Source: Eledone cirrhosa (lineage: Eukaryota). From it: DNA of 64,000 bases. The stretch lies in NCBI GenBank assembly GCA_964016885.1, contig CAXHJY010001386.1:62001-126000 (forward strand). Reading direction: 5' to 3'. This document shows, one piece after another, positions 54,821 through 64,000 of the stretch (position 1 is its first letter; the number at the start of each line of letters is the position of its first letter). The notes below the pieces were generated by a model. It was given only the letters and a program-made list of their open reading frames with translations. It was not told where the DNA came from and ran no database searches. A program made the translations under genes and the position numbers.

Positions 54821-56663
54821 GTAACTAGTCTATGCATTCTTGTATTGTATGAATGTGTATCTTCCAAACACCAGCTTAATGAGAAAATTATATTAGAAAT
54901 GTGCCATGTCTTCCATTAGAAATGTGCACAGTCTTCCTTTAGAAATGTGGCCATGAAAGGGTCAAAAATTAATATTTATTGCTTTAGTCTGAGTTGGCAA
55001 TGTCTGTATTACCTACCTAGTGGGCATGTTCCTGATGCATGCAGTCCAGCAGCAATTACTGAACATATACTATTAATCTTTTTGCTAGTAAGCTGACCAT
55101 TGACCTGGTCAACTATACCTCTATAGTAATTAGTAATTGTTGATACTTTTTAGTTTGACCTCCTTTCACTCTATGACTGTTGTCTGTGTTTGATAATATC
55201 TAGTTAAGAGTCACTAGTATTTGCCCTTTTCCATAAAATACAGCTTTTACAATAAATTAATTGCACATCTAGAAAAGTACTTAACAATTATTGCTGCCTT
55301 TTCTGGCAATCATAACCTTCTATTACATGCTTGTCTTAATTAACTGAAGTAATTAACTTTACATTGTTGTTTTATGTTATTTCTCTATCTGTTAATCTTG
55401 TTTTGTTAGAGTGAATAACATTTGTTATATTGTTTGAAATGTTGTTAAGCACTTTAAATTTGTTATTTAACATCTGACCAATCCTAATTGAGCATACTTA
55501 TGGTTAAAGGTATTCCAGCCATGACCATCCCAACTTTATTTTTAGATGTTATGTATCAATGACTGCATTACTAAAAGTCTACTGTTTTTAGTGAGAGGGT
55601 ATGATTTGAAGGAGAATTGGCTGTTATTTCTAGCATATCAACCTATCATGTAGAAGTCCCCTTGAGGTTGTTATTGTTATTTATCCCCAAGTCAGCTCTG
55701 ATTAAGAAGTCCTGTCAGAAAGAGTGTTTCAATATTGGCTACTCCAAATTATCTAATTTAGCCTTCACTTTAAAAGAAAGTTGTTTTTTTATTTCAGACA
55801 AATTTAGTGGCTGTTTATGAGCAAACATGTAGAGGCTCATTTGTTGGGTCATTTGGAAATGATGTTGTTTAATATAGAACAGCTTGATTTATTTAGCATA
55901 AGAAAACTGCAACATATTACTTTAATTCAGCAGTATTTCATTATAGAACAGTACATGGCACCACAATAAAATGCACTCAATCCACACTGTAAAGTAGTAT
56001 TTGTCTTAGAAGACTCATTTTTTGCCACAACTAAGCTACTTTAAACTTATCAACTGTTTTTTTAACCCTTTTGTGACAATATTTCTAATGAAATACATAC
56101 CCAGTGTGTTTTAATTAATTTTTAAAATAATGAAAAAAATTGGAGGGATTTAGTAAAATAAACTTTGTCATCACTGTGTTTTTCAAACATTACTTGACAA
56201 AATGTTCTTACATAAAATTATGAACTCTTTAAAATGCTTTGTATCATAGAACTAGGGATGGTTTCAAGTGGGTTAGTATCAAAAGGTGTTTAATTACTAA
56301 TTCATATATGGGTGCCTAGTGTTAGCTGATTGAATAGAATGCTGGTTTGTTAGGGTTAAAATATACAGATTTGTATCCTAACGCCAATAGCAGTTATAGG
56401 CAGTTTAGTATTAAAAGGGTAAAACTGTCACTTAATGATTTATGGCTCACTCATATAAACTCTGTGGTCTTGTATAAGTCACTCATATGACTTACAACTA
56501 TGATGTATAGAAAGTTTTTTATATTTAAATCTTTCAAAATAACTTTTACAACAATTCTGACAATAATTTGCTGACAGCTTACCATTAAATTTTCTAATGG
56601 ATTGTTCTCACTGAACTGTTTTGTCATTTTCTAAGAGTCGTAGGATCATTATATATATATATC

Positions 56664-56853
56664 AGGGCGGTGGATTGGCAGTATCGGTAGAGGATCGGAC
56701 GCCATGCTTTCCAGCATAGTTACGTCCCTTTACGATCTGAGTTCAAATCCCGCCGAGGTTGACTTTGCCTTTCATCCTTACGGGGTCGATAAAATAAAGT
56801 ACCAGTAATGCACTGGGTAATTACTGGCCTTGTGCCTAAAGTAGAAACAATTA
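56664..56853 (+). mobile_element. SINE family 2, full length, inserted in a short (TA)n
   Basis: Same A/B boxes and body as 51461-51651; flanked on both sides by ATTATATATATATATC. Confidence 0.9.
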
Positions 56854-57522
56854 TATATATATATCTGCAGACAATAATTCAATGAATTGCAGAGGATGAT
56901 GAGAATAGGGCTAGTGATAAATATTATGAAGAGAAATGGAATGAGATGGTTGGGTCATATATTGAGGAAGAATGTAAGTCACTGAGATGAGTGATGCAAA
57001 TGAATGTGGAAGGAAATAGAGGAGGAAAAAGATGATGGAAGATGAATGAAAGCCAGGGGTTTGGTGAGGTGGGGATGCAAATGATAGGAAAAAATGTAGA
57101 AACTTGTCATGGGACCTGCAAGGCTAATCCCTGCATTAGCAGTGATAGTGACCTTAAACACTTGTTGAACTATATGTATCAGACTGCAGAAGAATGGAAA
57201 CTTTCAGAGGAATCTGTCTTTTATCTGTTTTTGTTTTTTTAGTGGGTGCAGACAGACAGACAGATACACAAACACACACACACACTATGATTTAAAAACA
57301 AACAATAACTTGAAGGAAGATATTGACTGTCATTTAAATTGTTTTGGATCTGTACCTTAGCAAGTTGATAGGCAATCATCAAGCATTCATTGATGAGTAT
57401 TTACAGTATTCTAAAGGGAATTATATTTATCAAGTTTTCAATAATAAAGGATAAATTTTACTTTTTTCCTCCACAAGTTAGTAATTGATTGCATGAGTCT
57501 GCAATGCACCATTTCCACATGA

Positions 57523-57591
57523 TCCTACATATTGCATGTATCTCTTATGAAACTTAACCTACATATTGCATGTATCTTTTATAAAACTTAA
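57523..57591. repeat. Tandem duplication of about 35 bp
   Basis: CCTACATATTGCATGTATCTYTTATRAAACTTAA x2. Confidence 0.85.
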
Positions 57592-57704
57592 CATGCACTT
57601 CAAGCCAAGGTTGTCTTTGGTCAAGTTGTAGGTCATGCAGCACCTTTTGTCACAGTCTCAAACCAGCTTGATATAACACAAGTTATGATGTGTACTGTGG
57701 ACAC

Positions 57705-57850
57705 AGCATGAGCTAATGATTAAGGAGTTCATTTCGCAATCATTAGGTCCTGGGTTTGATCCCACTATGTGACATCTTGAATAAGTGTCATTTATCATAA
57801 CCTCAGATTGATCATAGTGAAATTGAGTCGATGGAAACTGTTTGGAAACT
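57705..57850 (+). mobile_element. Degenerate tRNA-SINE head
   Basis: Decayed A box and GGGTTTGATCCC B box. Confidence 0.5.
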
Positions 57851-58054
57851 CGTTGGAGGGACTGTACCTATAATTTAAAGGCCAGTCTTGTCACACACTG
57901 TCACACAGAAATTCCTTGAAAATTATGTTAAGGATACACATATCTGTGGAATGCTCAGCCACTTACACTTTAATTTCATGAACAGGCCGTTCCTTTGATT
58001 AAACGACTGGGACACACATAAAAACTGAGTTCCATCCCACAGGTGTACATCTGT

Positions 58055-58197
58055 GTATACATGCACACACATAGATTACTTCACATGAAGTATATACATG
58101 CAAACACACTTATAGATTACTTCACATGAAGTATATGCATGCACATACATAGATTACTTCACATGAAGTATATACATGCACACACATAGATTACTTC
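58055..58197. repeat. Minisatellite of about 38-41 bp, 3-4 copies
   Basis: ATAGATTACTTCACATGAAGTATATACATGCACAC repeated. Confidence 0.85.
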
Positions 58198-58479
58198 CCA
58201 AGTTTAGCCATGCTTTTTATACTGTGAGGAAGTTATGACTCTTGTGAGATTGGATGGAAAATAATCATTTAAACGGAAGTAGGCAGGCATCTTATTTCTC
58301 TAGGGACACTGGCTTTGAATTCATTTATGCTTATGTACACATAACTTACTATCATCTCATCTGTGTGAATATTTATAATCTACATGGTTAAATGTATGTA
58401 TCTTCATATGAATGTGTGTGATAGATATATGTATATTACCTATATATTTAAGTACACTCAAACGTATACAAGCAACCTC

Positions 58480-58712
58480 ACTTGTGCTGGTGCCATGATA
58501 AAATTCACCCAGTTTACTTTGTAAACTGAGTAGTGTTAGGAAGGGTATCTAGCCATGGAAAATATACCAAAAATATAATGTCTGAGTGAGATGTGGTCCC
58601 TTGATCTATCTAGGAGGGCAGCAACTCCAAATATTAACTGATTCAGATTGACGGCCCATCTAATTATCGAAAATAGACGTAAAAGGGTGATGATGATGAT
58701 GATGATGATGAC
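58480..58712 (+). mobile_element. Old SINE/RTE 3' half with single module and (GAT)n tail
   Basis: GTGCTGGTGCCATGATAAAATTCACCCAG...GTGTTAGGAAGGGTATC...GACGTAAAAGGGT(GAT)n. Confidence 0.7.
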
Positions 58713-60099
58713 GACCATAAGTTTATTTGTTCTTTCATCTTCTTACAACATGGCCACATATTACAATTCTTGTCCCTTTATTAGTACTTGCAATGACTCT
58801 ATATATGTGATTTTCAGGCATTAAGGATCATATGTAGTATAACATTTTAAGAAGTGGTGTAAACCAGCAGCTCGAACAACTAAATTTACTTTATTACATA
58901 TACTGATTATCTTTTTCTCCTGTTTAAATATTTAAACACACACTGTTGCAAGGCTACAAAATTCTTGAAGTCGAGGCACATGATTATATAATGCAATGAA
59001 CACATTTGTGGTAACGAAATATATCTCAAACTAAAACAATTAGTCACACATCTACTATGTCTTGATAATTGTCATTATTCATCATGAATCTCATTGGGTT
59101 CCAAATTCTTCGAATTGGTAAAACAAGTATCGTATTTAGAATTTTTAAATTTTTTTCTTGTGAGGATACATTGGTTAAAATTCCTTTCTGTGTGGTGTAA
59201 GTGTTGTATTGAATGGCATTAATTGGGCTACCTTTATAAACAATAGTTGAAAGTGGAAACAGCATCAAACACTCCAGAAAGATTGAATCACGTCTCTGCT
59301 GCTGGCCAAGCAATCATGCTTAGCATTGCACTAATATAGACGTCACAAATTTTATAATCATATTAGCATACAAATGTTCATTTGCTACAAGCAATTTACC
59401 TCTATACAATTACTTCATTACTGTAATACAGAACTTGTTTAGTACCTCAGCAGAGTTAAGTAAATTAATATCTAACACTAAACAAGGTATCCCATTTTGA
59501 TTTAGTACATGGATTATCATGAAGAATATTAGGTTGATCTTGCTACCATACAATTCAAGTTATATGGTCAGTTAAATAAACACACACACACACACTCACT
59601 ACTGTGAGAATGAATATTCCAAAACAAAAAGAAAAGAAATGTCTCTAGAGATTTCATTTAAAAATATTATAAATGATTACAATGAAATGTAAAGTTAGTT
59701 TCTTTAGTTTCCCCACATAACTGTTGCTTAAAATAAATACAAATGAACTGCTATAATTTGGGTGTCTATGTTGGTTTAAATGCATTTAAAATATTTTTTT
59801 TCAATAAAATCCTTAGTGAGAAATATTTAATACTGGTTATGGAACATTTAAATAAACTGTAGTGAATGTAGTTTTGTCTTAATTTTGTTGGGTGCTTATA
59901 ACTTTACTTGAATATTAAGCTTTTTGATACCAAATTGCCTGATTCTGTCTCTGCTTCCATGATACAAAACTGTTTATTCTAGATACCTTTCATTTAATTT
60001 TACATAAGAACCTTTGTTAAAAAGCATCCATCTAACTGGAAGTTAAAAAATAGTTAGTTATAGCTCACACCTATTTAGGCTTTGCTGGCCTACAGGATT

Positions 60100-60607
60100 G
60101 CTCAGTTCATTGATGGCATTTGCACAAATTTGCAAGATACATGTCATGAAAAGAGAGCTTTATTTGAGAAAAGGTTGGCATGAATCTTGAGACTTTTCTT
60201 GATGCATCCACTCAATGATTCTACTGTTAGCATTGATGACTTTCTGGGGTTCTTATCAATAATTTTCTGCACCTTTCATACACATTTGGATTTTGTGATG
60301 GTATTAGGAACCTTAGCAAGTGTTTTACATTTGGTTACTGCTGTAGAATCTCCATCAGTGACTTCCAGCTCTTTGTGAACTTCGATGAGTGACCATGCAA
60401 CTTTCAGGAACTGAGCAATTTCTAAATCACTATGCTCTGCCTTTAAGGCAAGGATTACAGTATGCCTTTTGTTTTGTTGAGTTAACTTGATGTTTGTCAT
60501 CATTTATCTGAAAAGAAATGATAATCAGAACAAGTTAGAAAAAAAAATAGCAATACTCAGTTCAATAATTAAACTAACAATATTATGATTATGTATATAA
60601 CACCCTA
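60100..60607 (-). mobile_element. Tc1/mariner-superfamily transposase N-terminal relic
   Basis: HTH-like KRHTVILALKAEHSDLEIAQFLKVA...KELE; TAGGGTG terminus-like motif at about 60601-60607. Confidence 0.5.
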
Positions 60608-61021
60608 ACTACTAGACCAAGCACCTTCACTAATAGTGAAAGTGTAGTTTTTTGATTCAGTTGTAATTTTAACATTGATTTATAGCCTTTCAGTCATATT
60701 TAACTGATTAGTGAAGTCTAAGTTGTTAATGATGCAACTCAAAGCTACATTCTTGTTAATTAGCCCTATGCTATACCTAATCCAGCAAACATATGGTCAA
60801 AGTTATTCACGCCTTGGCCTTCCCTTCCTTTTTTAACTCAGAAGGATGGGATTCCTGAAAGATATCTAATAGGTTGAGTAGCTTCTTGTTGACTCAAGAC
60901 AAATTTGTTTTAATAGCCTATGCTACTGTGGTACCAGTAACTTTTAGCTTTAAGGCTGTTCTATATAGATTTACATATCTAAAGGTAAATATAAACATAT
61001 TAATTATAACAATATTACTGA

Positions 61022-62188
61022 CTAGCATTAAAGCCCGGCGTTGCTCGGGATCATTAAGTTACCAAAGTTAGGTTGCACCACCCATTTTATGGCAGCACTT
61101 TTTTGTCTGCCAGGCACTGGGTGAATGAATTGCAGACCTGGAAGCAGGAGCTGCGCCAGCAGTGACAATTGTAGTTTCGCCTATGGATATTATCTCTGTG
61201 CAAAAAAGTGTTGAAATTTATTGTTTCACAGTACTTGCGCAACACGCGCGTAGACGATGCCAGCCGAACAACAGAGCTGCGATGGAGTTGTTCTGCATGG
61301 TTGTCTGTGTGTTTTCTAAATTTAAGACAGTAGGGAGGGTTGTGATATGAGGGAGAGTTAGCTGTTGTTTCTAGCAGGTTTAGTGACCTCATAGAGGATA
61401 TGTGTTTTCTAAATTTAAGACAGTAGGGAGTGGTGTGATATGGGGGAGAGTTAGCTGCTGTTTCTAGCAGGTTTAGTGACCTCATAGAAGATATGTTTTC
61501 TAAATTTAAGACAGTAGGGAGGGGTGTGATATGGGGGAGAGTTAGCTGCTGTTTCTAGCAGGTTTAGTGACCTCATAGAGGATATTATTGTTTATCATTA
61601 TCTATAAAAGGCAGATTGTTGTTGTTGTTGTTGAAGTGAGTGTGTGTTTGTATGCGTTTGGAAAAGAGGTTTTAAAAAAGATTTATCGCTTGTTGTTGAA
61701 TAAATGTATCTGATGCTTTTGAATAATTGTCGTTTCGTATGAAATGTAATAATTGTTTCTACTTTTTTGGCACAAGGCCAGCAATTACCCAGTACATTAC
61801 TGGTACTTTATGTAATAATAAACGTTCTCTATCTCTCTCTCCTCACTCTCTTCTCTCTCTCTCTTCGGCAATCATGCACGTTGTCAGATGATATGAGAGA
61901 GTAAAACGGACAGTATCACCATCAAGCTTGGAAAGAGAAAGTAGCAGAAAGTATGAAGTTGTATAGATTTTGAATGGTAGTGGAAAGAGTTTAGCAGTTT
62001 AAATGACAGAGGAAAATCGTAAAATATTGAGTTTTATCTATTTTTTGCGTAATTGTGGGTGAAATTGAAAAAATTAGATGTGCCAAGACGCAATCGATGC
62101 TATTTTGAATACTGAATTGTAAATTTCAATTGAAGAAATTCTATATCGTAGATTTCTATAAGAAAGGAGCATGACCGCACACTGAGCT
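61022..62188 (-). mobile_element. Non-autonomous Helitron-like element with internal tandem repeat and SINE fragment
   Basis: Minus strand starts TCTATAAAAG and ends with hairpin CCCG-AGCAACGC-CGGG then CTAG|T; SINE family 2 tail at 61748-61811. Confidence 0.6.
61311..61584. repeat. 91-93-bp tandem repeat x3
   Basis: GTTTTCTAAATTTAAGACAGTAGGGAG starts at 61311, 61404 and 61495. Confidence 0.95.
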
Positions 62189-64000
62189 TTATAGATTATG
62201 ATACTAGCTTAAGTAAACTGATTAAACGGGTGAAGTAAAATTGTTTCCATCAGCTTCAATTGAACCTGTTTGCATTGCTTTTAGGTTAAGCAGACAAATA
62301 ACTACCATCCTGAGCACCTCAACACTTACCATCTCAACTACCATAAACACCTCTTATCTACCACCAACACCATAACTTATGTGTTTATATAACCATTTTA
62401 AAAAGAAAATCAGTTGGGGCTGTTTCTCAGTGGTCTTGGTAGTGCACTTGAACTCTGTTATTGATTCCCATTGTCCAGTCTAAGTCTTGGTAGAGAAGAA
62501 ATCTATAACATTTTAACAAGAGTCGAAATGTTAAAACCAAAATGAAAATATTTATTTTAGATTTGTTTATAGCAACTTAAAATATATTTGCTTTAAAACA
62601 GTTCTTGATAGATTGCTGAACTAGCATTAGTAGGTATTGAATTATCACATACATTTCCCACCTCAAATTAGGAATCCATTTTCTCTGTTTCTAATGGTGT
62701 ATTGTTTGTTTTTCAAAGGCAGTTTAGTACTTACTATAACAGTTGATTACCATTATTATATTGTGAGAATAGATTTCCTAGTTAGCCTACTAATTTACTA
62801 CAGTTTAAGAGAAACTCTACTTACCAAACTACTGAAGGGAATAATTTAAAGAGAGAAATATTAGGAAGCGATAAATGAGAGCAACAAGTGATTTTCATCT
62901 CGTGTCATCAATCAGGTCATTAGTGCAATCTAACAAAATCATTTTTTTCTAAACTGATGCGAAGCTACTTCATTTACAATAGTATTGATCAATGATCAAC
63001 CTCATTTTATCCTACCTCTCACCTTCACCCACATTTTTTTCCATCAGTGATTACTAATAGTCTACAGCTCCACAACTTCCTGAGTTACTAGTTTGTTTGT
63101 TTGTTGTTTATTTGTATGTTATTATTATTATAAGAGCTGAAGTTTCAAGATGCAGTACACCAAGTACAAGTGATATTCCATCTCTAAGAGGAGTTTTTTG
63201 GTTGTTTTCTGACAGAGGTGAGGTATGATGGAGAGAAGATATTTATCTGATCAATAGGGTTTTAAAAGATACAAAGTTTTCATTTATTTTACCCACTTTT
63301 TATTCCACATATACCAATTAGCAATAAAATATTTATATCATGTATCATTTAAAAACATATAAAAACACTTTGATATGGCTGTAATGGGTGCAGGGTTAAG
63401 AGACCTGGCACTGTTGGAAAACAGATATTGATTCAATGAGAAAGTTTTATGGCCTTGTGGTTAGGGTGTTGGACCCTCATGGGTTTGATTCCTGGACTGA
63501 GCAGTACAGTGTTGTTGAGTAAGATGCCTCATTTCTTGTTGCTTTTTATGATGGGACTGGGACCACCTATCATTAAAACACCAAAGAAACCTCCCATAAA
63601 GTACAACCTCGTAGGAGGCCTGCTAAACCTGCACAGGCGTGAGCTGTAAATTTCATTCTCTTTAATGTTTACTTGACCTGCTCGAAATATTGATGGTATA
63701 GATCTCAAATCATACTTTATTATCTTAAAAAGAGGAAGAATACATTGTGTATTCCTATATTTGTTATCAGTGGGTTGATGATGAGCGTCCTGGCTGGAAT
63801 GTCTTTAATCATAGGTCAGAATTAACAGGGAACTGAGCAACAATAGCAATGATTTCTATATACTTGATATGCTGTATACAATGTATTATGGACTAGATAA
63901 ATCAATAACGGAATGTTTATGTGATCATCTAAACTTTTAGAAATAGCAACAAAATCTACCTCAAATCACACCTTCGCACATACTAAATGTAATTCTAGAT

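Overview
Eukaryotic, AT-rich, essentially gene-free window dominated by non-LTR retroelements and (TA)n-derived microsatellite; the repeat repertoire resembles a cephalopod (Octopus-like) genome, which is an inference only. The main resident is an RTE-clade LINE (APE endonuclease + RT, (GAT)n tail) present as three subfamilies (A, B, C; at least 11 recent copies or fragments). Every copy spanning the site carries a C4HC3 PHD-type finger inserted inside the RT domain. From about 15.05 to 49.55 kb lies one 34-kb TA-microsatellite nest holding RTE-A/B/C, a CR1-like LINE, a Tx1/L1-like LINE, a C2H2-tipped LINE, Penelope-like pieces (including a 300-bp palindrome with two U3-A8 hammerhead ribozymes), tRNA-SINEs and tiny orphan islands. 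RNA-level signals: complementarity between the RTE-A 5' region and its 3' UTR, tandem pseudoknot modules shared by LINEs and a SINE, and a conserved terminal stem-loop. The flanks hold older SINEs, two Helitron-like elements, a twin-primed RTE, DNA-transposon relics and one candidate 51-nt host exon. The long Y/I/M/C-rich ORFs in the track are microsatellite artefacts. Coordinates were read by eye and boundaries of degenerate elements are approximate.
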